From assembly GCA_034530875.2 (NCBI GenBank), contig JAVRCJ020000001.1, positions 224,001 to 288,000 on the forward strand: a DNA stretch of 64,000 bases, read 5' to 3'. Each line of letters opens with the position of its first letter. Position 1 is the first letter of the stretch. This document shows positions 40,030 to 50,767 of this stretch, piece by piece. The position numbers and the translations under genes were made by a program. Below the pieces are notes generated by a model. The model ran no database searches. It was not told the DNA's origin and saw only the letters and a list, made by a program, of their open reading frames with translations. The stretch is from Nostoc sp. DedSLP01 (GTDB lineage: Bacteria > Cyanobacteriota > Cyanobacteriia > Cyanobacteriales > Nostocaceae).

Positions 40030-43000
40030 AGTTGGTTTTGTTTGAGTAAATCAGCAATTGCTTTGATTAACACCTCTGGCTCAACAGGTTTGGCAAGGTG
40101 CTGCTGAAAGCCTGCTGCAATTGCCTGCTGATAATTAGCATACCCCCCATAGGCAGTTAAAGCGATCGCCAAAACTTGTCCGCCCTGTTCTGGTGGGAGC
40201 GCTCTGACTTGCTGCATTAGCATATAGCCATCCAGATCTGGCATTCCAATGTCGCTAATTAGCACATCGGGTTGAAATTGGGTGAATAGTTGCAAAGCTT
40301 CGGCTGCGGAAGTGGCTGCGATCGCATTTGCTCCGGATTGTTCCAAGACAAAAGCAATGAACTCTAAGGAATCCGGCTCATTATCTACTACTAAAATTTT
40401 AGTCCCCTGCAAATTAAAAGCACTCTCTAAAGGTTGGCTATCTTGCTGTTGAACAACTTGGGTAGGCATCAGCGGCAATCTCAGGGTAAAAATTGCCCCC
40501 TGTCCTTGACCGGGACTTTCTGCCCACACCGTTCCGCCATGAGCTTCAACAATCTGACGCACGATCGCCAACCCTAAACCCAGTCCTCCAAATTTGCGGG
40601 TAGTTGCACCATCGGCTTGCCGGAAGTAGTCGAATACATAAGGCAAAAAGTTGGGATGAATGCCAATACCTGTGTCGCTCACGGCGATTTGAGCATAGCC
40701 ATCAATTTGCTCTAACCGCACTTCGATCCACCCCCCTTGGGGCGTAAACTTAACCGCATTAGAAATCAGGTTCCAAGCGACTTGCTGTAAACGGGTGGCA
40801 TCTCCCAAAATAGACACAATTTGAGAATCGAGCCTTGTGTTTATTTCAATCGATTTAGCTTGGGCTGCCAACTGTATAGTTTCAATAGCAGCCTGAATGA
40901 TTGTCGCCAGATTGACTTGCTCTACATTGAGACTGAGCTTCCCTTGCAGAATGCTAGAGACATCGAGGAGATCGTCAACCAATCTCGCTTGCAATTTGGC
41001 ATTACGCTCGATTGTTTCCCAAGCTTGGGCGATTTGGGCTGCGTTCAAATTACCTCTTTTAATCAATTGCAGCCAACCTAAAATGGGGTTGAGGGGCGAT
41101 CGCAATTCGTGGGATAGCACTGCCAAAAACTCATCTTTGATGCGGTTTGCTTCCTGCGCTTGGTGGTAGAGTCGGGCGTTAGATAACGCTAATGCTGCCC
41201 GATGTGCTAATTCTTCTGCCACTGCCAGGTCTGCCGGAGTATAGTGGCGATGGGAGTCTGCGGTTAAGCAAATAGTTAAAGCTCCCAGATGACGACCATG
41301 AGCAATCAGAGGTACGGCGATCAGCGATCGTACCTGAAACTCTTCGATAAATTGCAGACAATCAACACAGGCCGCGTTAGTTTCCAGCCATGCCTGGGTG
41401 ATATGAGGCATAAAATTAGCCTTGCCAGTGACAAGCACGTTCGTAAAGGGATGGCTTTCATAATTTGGCGACGGCGCATAACGCTGTAACTGCTCAAACC
41501 AATTGGGTTTTGTTGGATTGCGGTGATGCCAGCCTACTCGTTCGATTTGATAATTGGAATTGAGGATATCAAAGAAACAAAAGTCAGCCAGAAATGGTAC
41601 GGCTAGTCGTGCAATATTAAACAGTGTGGTTTTGTAATCGATCGACCCCGCCAAAACTTTAGTGGCATTTGCCAGAAAATGTTCGCGCTCTTGAGTCTGG
41701 TGTGCTTCGGTTATATCTCGCAGAATCTTGACCAATCCCTGAAGCTTGCCTGCTTCATCGTGCAGTTGCATCATCAAGCCACTGGCAAAGAAACGGCTGC
41801 CATCTTTACGAACGTGCCAGCGTTCATCCTCTGCTCGTCCTTGGTTGAGAACGGTCTGGAGTTCCTGCTCGGCTTGTGCTGCCTCATTATCCTCCGGTGT
41901 AAAGATAATCCGGCCGTGATGACCGATAATTTCTGCTTCTTTGTACCCTAATAACCCTTCGGCTCCAGCATTCCAGCTGGTGATTTGTCCGTTGAGGTCG
42001 AGAGTAAAGATGGCATAATCTTTGGCACTCTCGATAATCAGACGAAAGCGGGATTCACTTTCGTGCAAGGCGGATTCTGCTTGCTGGCGTTTGGCTTTGT
42101 CCAGTTTGCGCTCGGTAATGTCTCGAAAATAAATACTAAAACCAACTTTGCAGGGATAAGCGTGGATCTCTAGCCACATCTTAGAAGTTTCATCAAAGGC
42201 CTCAAAATGTATAGCACCGGATTCTGCCACAATCCGGCGATAAGTTTGCTCTATGACTGTAGCGATCGCCCGGGGTTGCATTTCCTGTTGCGTCTTACCA
42301 ATTATTTCTTCGGGTTGCAGATTCGTTAATCGGGCAGCTTCATGATTGACATAAGTAATTCGCCATTCCGTGTCAACACACACGAAGGCATCTGTAATGC
42401 TTTCAAGAATATCAATGGCTCGTTGCGCAGATTCATCCGAAGCTTGACGGTTCGCTTCAGCTTCACTACGGGCAGCTTGTTCGCGCTGCAAGGCGGCAAG
42501 AGCCGTTTGACGCAGGTGAATACTCTCAAGGGCAGCAGCAGTAAAGTCAGCAAGGCTGGTCACGATCCGCATGTCTTCGGCGTCAAACTGCCGTGCTTCG
42601 TCATGGGAAACAATCCAGATCGTACCCAACGGCTGATTAGCATTCATCAACGGAATAACTAGACCTTCAACGATACGAAATTTTGGTGTTTCCAAGTAGG
42701 TAAAGTACCGTTCGGGATAGGAATAGAGAACGGGAGCTTGGTGGTCTAGACAAGTACCGCAGGGACTAAAGTTTCTCGGCGTTGTCTCTCCCTCACTGCC
42801 TGCTAACGCCCCAGCAAGCGCACTCCAACGAAAGATTTCTTCTCCTTCAGGAGTTACTTCCAGTAAGCTCACACCTGCACTTCCCGCTAAACAAAGCTCT
42901 TGAGCAGCAGCAACCAGAGCTTGCAGCATCATTTGAGGTTGTTCAACCAGTTGCCGAGCCAGCAAATGAAGAGATTCGATTTCAGCCTGTAAATTAGAAG

Positions 43001-43076
43001 TTCTGGGCGATCGCTGAGCTAACGCTGCTGTAATTAAAATATCATCTAAAGTTAGAGAAGGCACTGTCTCAGACAT
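40026..43076 (-). CDS. Hybrid sensor kinase GAF-PAS-PAS-GAF-HisKA-HATPase-REC
   Basis: ESITDAF and WHVRKDGSRF (PAS); LSHELRSPL; NAVKFT; GGLGLGL; DVLISDIGMP. Confidence 0.93.
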   Translation of the reverse strand: MSETVPSLTLDDILITAALAQRSPRTSNLQAEIESLHLLARQLVEQPQMMLQALVAAAQELCLAGSAGVSLLEVTPEGEEIFRWSALAGALAGSEGETTPRNFSPCGTCLDHQAPVLYSYPERYFTYLETPKFRIVEGLVIPLMNANQPLGTIWIVSHDEARQFDAEDMRIVTSLADFTAAALESIHLRQTALAALQREQAARSEAEANRQASDESAQRAIDILESITDAFVCVDTEWRITYVNHEAARLTNLQPEEIIGKTQQEMQPRAIATVIEQTYRRIVAESGAIHFEAFDETSKMWLEIHAYPCKVGFSIYFRDITERKLDKAKRQQAESALHESESRFRLIIESAKDYAIFTLDLNGQITSWNAGAEGLLGYKEAEIIGHHGRIIFTPEDNEAAQAEQELQTVLNQGRAEDERWHVRKDGSRFFASGLMMQLHDEAGKLQGLVKILRDITEAHQTQEREHFLANATKVLAGSIDYKTTLFNIARLAVPFLADFCFFDILNSNYQIERVGWHHRNPTKPNWFEQLQRYAPSPNYESHPFTNVLVTGKANFMPHITQAWLETNAACVDCLQFIEEFQVRSLIAVPLIAHGRHLGALTICLTADSHRHYTPADLAVAEELAHRAALALSNARLYHQAQEANRIKDEFLAVLSHELRSPLNPILGWLQLIKRGNLNAAQIAQAWETIERNAKLQARLVDDLLDVSSILQGKLSLNVEQVNLATIIQAAIETIQLAAQAKSIEINTRLDSQIVSILGDATRLQQVAWNLISNAVKFTPQGGWIEVRLEQIDGYAQIAVSDTGIGIHPNFLPYVFDYFRQADGATTRKFGGLGLGLAIVRQIVEAHGGTVWAESPGQGQGAIFTLRLPLMPTQVVQQQDSQPLESAFNLQGTKILVVDNEPDSLEFIAFVLEQSGANAIAATSAAEALQLFTQFQPDVLISDIGMPDLDGYMLMQQVRALPPEQGGQVLAIALTAYGGYANYQQAIAAGFQQHLAKPVEPEVLIKAIADLLKQNQL

Positions 43077-43552
43077 CTAATCCCCCTCTGAAAAATCATG
43101 TTTTATTGAAGGAGGCAGGAGGCAGGAGGCAGAAGGTACAGTATATTCGCACTTGCACCGATTCACCGTTTTAAAATAAACACCTAACTTAGCAGTAAAT
43201 TTACCCTGATACTGATGGAGTTGCTGCCGCAACCCACGCACTAAATTTACCATCTCGACGGATTTTGGTTTTGTCAGGGTCATCATTGCTCCTAATTAGG
43301 TGAAATCATAATAGGATAAATGAGAGATGTTTGTTCACCTTCTGAAGAGAGATTAGAACCTTTTCTAAAGATAGTGGGATGGCGTGATGTTTTTGCACGG
43401 ATGAGGTGACGGAGGAACAGCGAACAGTTTGAAAAAAGATGCGGCAATCTGCTTAAAAACTTAGACTGTGGCTAGAACTTAATTGGATAAAAAAGCTCTA
43501 ATTTCAGCGCGGCTGATGTCAGTAAAAGTGTGGTGGATACTTAAAGTTTTAG

Positions 43553-43790
43553 AGGATGTTTGAAAAGTTTTGAGCGAATTATATTCGCTACTACACAAGC
43601 GAAGTCTGCGTAGGCAGACTAACAGAAAATTTGGGTTTTTTAACTCACGTTCGCCCTTGGCGTTCCCGTTCGCGTAGCGTCTCCGTCAGGAGAAGGGTAG
43701 GTGGGTAAAGTCTCGTGTAGCCGCGACTTCTCATCGCCAAGGCTAGTATTAATTTAGACTTGATAACGAGAGACTTTTGAATGCAATCTT
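43553..43790. repeat. Degenerate MITE-like element containing nested small palindromic repeats
   Basis: Left end AGAGGATGTTTGAAAAGT, weak right end GACTTTTGAATGCAATCT; internal AGTCTGCGTAGGCAGACT and CGTTCGCGTAGCGTCTCC motifs. Confidence 0.4.
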
Positions 43791-44637
43791 CATTCAATGC
43801 TGCCATCAACAAAATACGAATAAATGGAAATTTTGCGTTTCCTACTTTTTTGCAGAAGCAAGATATGCAATGCTAACCCATAGCAAATAAAAGACCCGTT
43901 TAAGAGCGATCGCTCTTTTTAAAAGACAGATTACATTATCCCAATTACTACATCTCGATCGGCTATTTCGTAGCTATGCGATCGGAATTTGATAATTTCA
44001 GTTTATACGCGTAAAGCACCGCTAGTAATTTTGTCTTCAAGTGCTGCTTTTAGTGCAGCCACTTCAGCCTTTAATGCATAGGTGCGTTGGCTAGCACCTA
44101 TGGCAGCGATTAGTCTATTACAACTACAACTGCAATCAAGTTGCTAAGCCATCTCTAGAAAGTAGTTTTTATAAAAATTTATGTATTTTGTATTATTTAG
44201 AATAACAAAAAATATAAAGTTAATAAAATGAGCTAAATTGTTGTGAAAAAATTCTGCTGAGATTGATTAAATTAATTTGTTAGTATAAAGTATTTGTTAT
44301 TCTTTTGTAAAGAGTTTAATTAATTTTAAGAAAATTAATTAACAATGTAAAATATTGCTCAATTTATAAATTTTTATTATTTATCGTGATTCAAAAAATT
44401 TAATTTCTCAAAATTAAAATAGTGAATTAGCCTAGAAAATAAACTATTTTCATGAAAATCAAACAGCTAAAACCCGCTTTAATACTGCCTTCTGTTTCCT
44501 AAATTTTGCTTTAGCCCAGCAATAAATATTGATGCCGAAGTACTTAATAAAACCCTCCATATTGCCAAGATATCGACTTTTGAGGTTCATCGATAGCGGG
44601 CTTTGACTAGAGTTTTTTTGAGATGAGAAACCGAAGG

Positions 44638-44680
44638 GTACGAAACCGTACAGATTTTTGTCTTGAAATGCGTGTAATTT
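44638..44680 (+). promoter_or_regulatory. Palindromic box GTACG-AAAC-CGTAC with -10 TAATTT 23 nt downstream
   Basis: Perfect 5-4-5 palindrome at 44638-44651; TAN3T at 44675-44680; upstream of Crp copy 3. Confidence 0.6.
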
Positions 44681-44876
44681 TGTACCCACTTTGATATTTT
44701 AAACAAGTTTAAAGCACAATGGTACGCTTGAAGGGTCTTAACTGTCTTTTGTCACTTTTAGAAAACGCAATCCATCAAAAGCTTATGGACTTTAGTTTAG
44801 ATTTTTTGCCTACAAATTTTACATTATAGAGCAAAAATAAAGCCTCAAACCTTGATGAAACCGAAGTTTCAGAATT

Positions 44877-45641
44877 TTGCTTCGATTATTGTTTTTTGAG
44901 AGTGACAACACAGGATTAATGTCTGTATCTAACCAGCCTCATCTGTCAACAAAAAATCAGATACTCGCTTCACTGCCAGCTACTGAGTATCAACGTCTAG
45001 TTCCCCACTTAGAGCCAGTAAATCTTCCAATTAGGCAAGTCCTTTATGCAGCAGGAGAACCGATCACACACGTCTATTTTCTCAGTCACGCAGTAGCTTC
45101 TTTAGTCTGTAATCTAGAAGATGGCTCGACCGTTGAAGCAGGTGTAATCAGTAATGATGGTATGGTGGGTCTTCCTGTAATTTGGGGTGGTAATTCTACA
45201 ACCACAACTGCGTTTATACAGACTGCTGGCAGTGGTATGAAGATGAAGGCAGAGGTACTAATAGAGGAGTTTAATCGGGGCAAAGAGCTTCAACGTTTAC
45301 TGTTGCGTTACACTCAAGCACTGTTTACCCAGGTTACACAAACGGCAGCCTGCAACCGCCTGCATACTATTGAAGAGCGACTCGCCCGTTGGTTGCTAAT
45401 AGTCGGCGACCGTATGCAATCAGATACATTCCCTCTGACTCAAGAATTTATTGCTCAGATGTTAGGCTGTCGCCGTTCTGGTGTCACGGTGGCTGCTGGC
45501 ACACTTAGCCGCGCTGGAATTATTAGCTACAAGCGTGGAAATATTACCATTTTGAATCGTGACGACTTGGAAAATACATCTTGTGAGTGTTATTCCATCA
45601 TTAAAAACGAGTATGCTCGGTTGCTAGGCACACAGAGCTAA
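44877..45641 (+). CDS. Crp/Fnr family transcriptional regulator (copy 3; likely start ATG 44919)
   Basis: ACNRLHTIEERLARWLL, LTQEFIAQMLGCRRSGVT, SCECY. Confidence 0.92.
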   Translation: MLRLLFFESDNTGLMSVSNQPHLSTKNQILASLPATEYQRLVPHLEPVNLPIRQVLYAAGEPITHVYFLSHAVASLVCNLEDGSTVEAGVISNDGMVGLPVIWGGNSTTTTAFIQTAGSGMKMKAEVLIEEFNRGKELQRLLLRYTQALFTQVTQTAACNRLHTIEERLARWLLIVGDRMQSDTFPLTQEFIAQMLGCRRSGVTVAAGTLSRAGIISYKRGNITILNRDDLENTSCECYSIIKNEYARLLGTQS

Positions 45642-45910
45642 CTACGATCTACTGCGGTAAGTACAAAACTAATGTTTCGATCTGCCAGCCGCAACTTTGC
45701 GATCGGCTAGCGCTATAGCAGCTTGTAGATGCAAAGGTGCGATCGCACAATATATAGAATGCGTTAACATTAATGAAGACATCAAGCTAAACGTATTACT
45801 GCTGTATACGCTAATGCTCCTGTTGTAAGTTATTAAACTTGCAACTAAACAAAGTAATTCACCTTTTGACATATTGGGATTAGTCCCTAACTCCTCTCAG
45901 TTGCCATTAG

Positions 45911-46666
45911 TTGCTGAAGTACCCAAAACAGCACGCTTGGAGGTTTTTTATGTCTGTCTCTAAAGTGCCTCATCCACCAGTAGTAAATAAAATACTCGCT
46001 TCACTATCAGCTACTGAGTATCAACGTCTTATTCCTCACTTAGAGCAAGTAGAGCTTACATTTAAGCAAGTCCTTTACGAAGCAGGCGAACCAATCACAC
46101 ACGTCTATTTTCTCAGTCGCGCAGTCGCTTCTTTAGTCTGTAACCAAGAAGATGGCTCAACTGTTGAATCTGGTATAGTGAGCAATGATGGTATCGTGGG
46201 TCTTCCCGTAATTTGGGGCGGTAACTCTACAACTACAAGCGCGTTTATCCAAGTTCCAGACACTGCTATGAGGATGAGAGCCGAAGTACTAATAGCGGAG
46301 TTCAATCGGGGTGGAGAACTTCAACGTTTGTTGTTGCGTTACACTCAAGCACTGTTCACCCAGGTTACACAAACGGCAGCTTGCAACCGTCTGCATACCA
46401 TTGAAGAGCGACTCGCCCGTTGGCTGCTGCTAATTTCTGACCGTATACAATCAGATACATTCCCTTTGACTCAAGAATTTCTTTCTCACATGCTGGGCTG
46501 TCGCCGTTCTGGTGTTACCGTGGCTGCTGGCACACTTAGCCGCGCTGGAATGATTAGCTATAAGCGTGGAAATATTAACATCCTGAATCGTGACGACTTG
46601 GAAAATACGTCTTGTGAGTGTTATTCCATCATCAAAAGCGAGTATGCTCGGTTGCTGGACATATAG
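45911..46666 (+). CDS. Crp/Fnr family transcriptional regulator (copy 4; likely start ATG 45950), tandem duplicate of copy 3
   Basis: Long stretches identical to 44877-45641. Confidence 0.92.
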   Translation: MLKYPKQHAWRFFMSVSKVPHPPVVNKILASLSATEYQRLIPHLEQVELTFKQVLYEAGEPITHVYFLSRAVASLVCNQEDGSTVESGIVSNDGIVGLPVIWGGNSTTTSAFIQVPDTAMRMRAEVLIAEFNRGGELQRLLLRYTQALFTQVTQTAACNRLHTIEERLARWLLLISDRIQSDTFPLTQEFLSHMLGCRRSGVTVAAGTLSRAGMISYKRGNINILNRDDLENTSCECYSIIKSEYARLLDI

Positions 46667-46694
46667 AGCTAGCTATGGTCATTAAAAGCTTAAT

Positions 46695-46737
46695 GTGCGG
46701 AACCGTACAGACTGCTTATGTGAAGCAAGTGTAAACT
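46695..46737 (+). promoter_or_regulatory. Box GTGCG-GAAC-CGTAC with -10 TAAACT 23 nt downstream
   Basis: 46695-46708 and 46732-46737, upstream of the receiver gene at 46895. Confidence 0.55.
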
Positions 46738-46894
46738 AAGACATATATAAATGAGTGTTATTTTAATTTCTTAATCAAAGTGTTTAAAAGCAGATACTCA
46801 ACGCTCTGCTTAATAGAATTTATAATTGTGATTATCAAATAGGATATTTCTATCTTCGTCAAAAATTTTCTCAATTCATAATACAGAAGATACA

Positions 46895-47332
46895 GTGTTT
46901 TTACGGAAAAGTTCGTTTGCTGAATCGCCATCTCTTAATGGTTTGAGAATACTTGTCGTAGATAATAATGATGATTGCTTGTGCATGATTAAGTTGATTT
47001 TTGAAGATTGCCAAGCTGAAATTAAAACTGCAATATCTGTGCAACAAGCGATACAGATAATAGAAGAGTGGAAACCTCATATTTTAATTAGCGAAATCGC
47101 TCTACCTGGTCAAGACGGTTATTCACTAATTCGCTTCATTAGGAATAAAGAAGCGAATTGTGGAGGGTTTATTCCGGCGATCGCTCTTACAAATTATCTA
47201 GATCTGGAATACGTTAACACAGCAATTAATGCAGGTTTTCAAGACGTTATTTATAAACCTTTTGCTCTTCATGAATTAGTTGAAACAGTGGCGAATCTTG
47301 CACAAACAATGTCTTTAAACTCCTTAGTTTGA
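46895..47332 (+). CDS. Single-domain response regulator with Asp->Glu at the acceptor site
   Basis: LRILVVDNN, HILISEIALPGQDG, PAIALT, YKPF. Confidence 0.85.
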   Translation: MFLRKSSFAESPSLNGLRILVVDNNDDCLCMIKLIFEDCQAEIKTAISVQQAIQIIEEWKPHILISEIALPGQDGYSLIRFIRNKEANCGGFIPAIALTNYLDLEYVNTAINAGFQDVIYKPFALHELVETVANLAQTMSLNSLV

Positions 47333-47375
47333 GTATTGAGAGATTGTAAAGTCGTTAGTGCAAGCAGATTTCATT

Positions 47376-47542
47376 TACAGCAGATTGCAAGTAGTGAGGT
47401 ACAACCAGGAGTGATTCATCAAACATAAAGAGTTTCTTTCTAACTCCTTCCTTCTGCCGACGCTCGCGGACACGGCGAATCGCTGCTCTATCCTGCCTCA
47501 AAACCCGTAACTTTGTACCTCATGTAAATGAAAACTGCTGTA
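47376..47542. mobile_element. MITE-like element with imperfect ~30-bp inverted ends, TA termini
   Basis: TACAGCAGATTGCAAGTAGTGAGGTACAA vs TTGTACCTCATGTAAATGAAAACTGCTGTA. Confidence 0.65.
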
Positions 47543-47839
47543 TAAAGATTAGTTTTGGTTGATTTGAGGGTAGTTTATCTAGGAGTCAGTCTTGGGTACA
47601 GTACCCCAAATTTAGTGTGACATAGCACAATGCTGAAGCGATCGCTAGGATATTCTGGGTCAAGTGGCACATAAGCACCACCCAGATAGCAGTAATGTAT
47701 AATTTTTAACCTTCAGTCTTTTAATGTGTAAAGTTGACAAAGCATTGATAAAGCAGATAGGCACAAATATGATGTTATATATGCAAAATTTAAATCTATA
47801 AAAATTACGCTAGTAAATCAGGATTTTTAAGTCAACATT

Positions 47840-48076
47840 ATGGAGCAAAGCCACCGACCAGAGCACTACGACGCACAGCGAGAGTTTGAAGAAGCCCTCG
47901 AGCAACTCGAGGATATCCTACAAGAAAGTCCTGCTGAGGATGAAGATATACCAAAATTGTATACTGAAAGTGCTACTGAAGTTGAACCCGCTGAAGATTT
48001 GACAGATATTGATTTAGCAGCCTTTGAGGACGCTGTTGCTGATATTGAACAATATCTGGAGCAAAAAACAAAATAA
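47840..48076 (+). CDS. Small acidic hypothetical protein
   Basis: 78-aa ORF with biased acidic composition, helical AQREFEEALEQL and FEDAVADIEQYL. Confidence 0.7.
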   Translation: MEQSHRPEHYDAQREFEEALEQLEDILQESPAEDEDIPKLYTESATEVEPAEDLTDIDLAAFEDAVADIEQYLEQKTK

Positions 48077-48087
48077 AAGCTTGTGTA

Positions 48088-48160
48088 TGGGGCATTGGGC
48101 ATTGGGCATTGGTTATTCTTTCTTCCCCTGCCTCCCTTGCTCCCTCTGCTCTCCCTGCTT
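48088..48160. repeat. STRR-type short tandem repeats between convergent genes
   Basis: GGGCATT x3 followed by CTCCC(C/T)TG-like units. Confidence 0.7.
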
Positions 48161-48170
48161 TCTTATTGCC

Positions 48171-48959
48171 TCATCCCTCTTGACTCATTTGCCGCTGAGC
48201 TTCGTACAACATCAAAGCAGCTGCGATCGCCACATTCAAAGACTCTACTCCAGGGCTTAAGGGAATTTTCACTTGGCAATCTGCCATTGCTGCTAAATCT
48301 GGTGACAAACCAGCACCTTCGTTCCCCAGTAAAATTAAACTCGGTTTTCGCCAGTCTACTTGCCAATAAGTTAATGTGGCGCTAGGTAAGGTTGCTATTA
48401 CCTGCATTCCTGCTTGCTGGCTTTGTTGCACTGTCGCCTTTAAATCTTCGCTTACTGCCGTTGCCAGGCGAAACCATTGTCCGGCTGAAGCACGGAGAAC
48501 TTTAGGATTATCTAAATCTACGCTATCTCCACTCAACCACAAGCCAGACGCCCCAGCCGCCGCCGCAGTGCGAATCATCGTACCCAGGTTACCGGGATCT
48601 TGTACTGTTTCTAAAGCTAGGACTAAACCAGTAAATGGTACTTGAGTTTGGCAATTGCTTCGTTTTGCTGTTGCCACTACACCATCTGGTTGGACTGTGG
48701 TGGCGATCGCATCTAAAATTTCTTTACTGACAATTTCGGCGCGATCGCATTGGCTGCAAGCTTTCTCCCACAATGACAAATGGCTGGCTTGCCAATCTGG
48801 AGTACAACACACTGTCTCTAGCGGGTAATTCACCGCACAAGCTTCTTCTAACAAGTGCGTCCCTTCTAGCAAAAATAAATCCTGCTTGTGTCGCTCCTTG
48901 GTTGAGTGAAGTTTGCGGATTTGCTTGACTAGGGGATTCTGTAAGCTGGTTAACATCAA
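48171..48959 (-). CDS. TrmH/SpoU family RNA 2'-O-methyltransferase
   Basis: QDPGNLGTMIRTAAA, GNEGAGL, ESLNVAIAAA. Confidence 0.93.
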   Translation of the reverse strand: MMLTSLQNPLVKQIRKLHSTKERHKQDLFLLEGTHLLEEACAVNYPLETVCCTPDWQASHLSLWEKACSQCDRAEIVSKEILDAIATTVQPDGVVATAKRSNCQTQVPFTGLVLALETVQDPGNLGTMIRTAAAAGASGLWLSGDSVDLDNPKVLRASAGQWFRLATAVSEDLKATVQQSQQAGMQVIATLPSATLTYWQVDWRKPSLILLGNEGAGLSPDLAAMADCQVKIPLSPGVESLNVAIAAALMLYEAQRQMSQEG

Positions 48960-49041
48960 AAAATTAGGAGTTAAAAGTTAAAAGTTAGGAGTTAAAACAA
49001 ACTCTTAACTCCTAACTTTTAACTCCCAAACTTAAAAAATA

Positions 49042-49123
49042 TGCGGAACCCGGGACTTGAACCCGGAAGCCTTGCGGCACTAGAACCTGAATCTAGCGCG
49101 TCTGCCAATTCCGCCAGTTCCGC
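49042..49123 (-). tRNA. trnL: tRNA-Leu (anticodon CAG)
   Basis: GCGGAAC acceptor stem, D arm TGGCGGAATTGGCAGACGC, CTAGA-TTCAGGT-TCTAG anticodon arm, long variable arm, GGTTCAAGTCC T loop; no encoded CCA. Confidence 0.96.
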
Positions 49124-49464
49124 TGGCAATTATCTTTATCCACAATTTCTCATTGTTGCGTATTTTTTTACGTTTGTCAAGTGCAAAAAAGGCAAAATAA
49201 CGAAGGCAGGAGGCAGGAGGCTGTTTTTGTAACGAGGATTTATACCCCATTCCAAAAACTTTTCGCCTAAAAAGGCTGTCTTTCTTCTCTTCTCTACGAG
49301 ATGCTCCGCTTTCCGTTGCGGTACGAAGTCCGGTTTTAGACCCGATTGTTTCGATAATTGGGTATTTATTTTTACTTTTATCTTTTTATAGCAGTTGCCA
49401 GTAAAACTCCGACACAAAGAGACTTTCAAGCTCATTGCCTATTGCCTGTTCGCTGCTATATTTC

Positions 49465-50184
49465 TTAAGGTACTAACCCGGCACGCAAGGCACGAACAGC
49501 GGCCTGTGTACGGTCAGCAACACAGAGTTTGTTGAGAATACCTCGAACGTGAGTTTTGACAGTACCAACTGTAAGATAGAGCCTTTTGGCGATTTCTGCA
49601 TTGTCACAGCCAGCAACAATCAACTCTAAAACATCCATTTCGCGTTGAGTCAAAGGATAAGTGACGATAGTTTTTTCAATATCTGGGTCGATACCTTCAA
49701 TCAACACTCTTTTTGTGGCTGTTCCTCTGTTGCCCTCGGGGAAATCTTGGCGTATTTGCTGTAGTACAAGATCTGCGATCGCGGGATCGATCCACGAACT
49801 CCCTGCGTAGGTTGTTCGCACAGCTTCTATTAGCCTTTCGCTTTCGATATCCTTCATGCAATAAGAATCGGCACCTGCTGCAAATGCTGCTAACACTGCC
49901 TGTTCGCTATTTTGCATTGTTAAAATCAGCAGCTTTGTTGTATAGTCTTCATTCTCTGCCTGATATTGCCTAATTGTCCGCGTTAGCTCGATACCATCCA
50001 TATCAGGCAAACCAATGTCAATAGTAGCAACATCAGGCTTGAGAGTCTTCACAAGCTCGATTCCATCTGCGGCATTGGCTGCTTCACCAACAATGTTTAT
50101 TTCTGGCTGGGTTTGCAAGGCAGCCCGCAAACCAATTCTCGTAAGGTTATGATCTTCGATCACGAGGATCTTGATTTCATCCAT
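49465..50184 (-). CDS. NarL/LuxR family response regulator
   Basis: IEDH, TIDIGLP receiver; LTQREMDVL...TVKTHV LuxR HTH. Confidence 0.93.
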   Translation of the reverse strand: MDEIKILVIEDHNLTRIGLRAALQTQPEINIVGEAANAADGIELVKTLKPDVATIDIGLPDMDGIELTRTIRQYQAENEDYTTKLLILTMQNSEQAVLAAFAAGADSYCMKDIESERLIEAVRTTYAGSSWIDPAIADLVLQQIRQDFPEGNRGTATKRVLIEGIDPDIEKTIVTYPLTQREMDVLELIVAGCDNAEIAKRLYLTVGTVKTHVRGILNKLCVADRTQAAVRALRAGLVP

Positions 50185-50767
50185 AGTTGTTTAAGTTTAC
50201 TGTTATCTATCTAAAGTACACATTAAAATAATCCTGTCGTCACATTCAGGATTTTATACAAAAAGCAATATCCTTGCTATTGTTACCCGAACGGCATCTA
50301 TCATTAGGCATAAATAATCTTATCTTGTGAGTTTTTGCATAAGCAAGAGTTGGTATCCGAACAATATAATTGAATGAAAAATATTTTTATACATTCTTGT
50401 CAAAATCGATGTTTTATTGAGTAAAACTGATTCTCAAAATCTGGAACAAGCACCCTTGCTGGCTAATCAATCAGTTACCTTGAGTGTAGTTAGGATAATT
50501 TCCACAAAACGAACTAAAGTACTCCACCCTAATAATTGACTCACAGCTATGGATCGTCAACTTGCTAATATAGTTATCAACAAGAAATATTTGACAATAA
50601 TTGATACACAACTAGCCTATAAATTGAGTATAAATACTGAATATGCATATCCTGAATTCAGGAAACTTTAAACGAAAATGTGAAATTTTAATAATCTCAA
50701 CGCTGTTGAAGTAAGCTATTACTAGATTTGCGAGGGATAGCCAAGCACGTCTTTTTTTGATTTAGCC

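Noticed and set aside
49042..49460. tRNA-Leu as integration site of the accessory region
   Set aside because: I found no duplicated tRNA 3' end or nearby integrase in the window.
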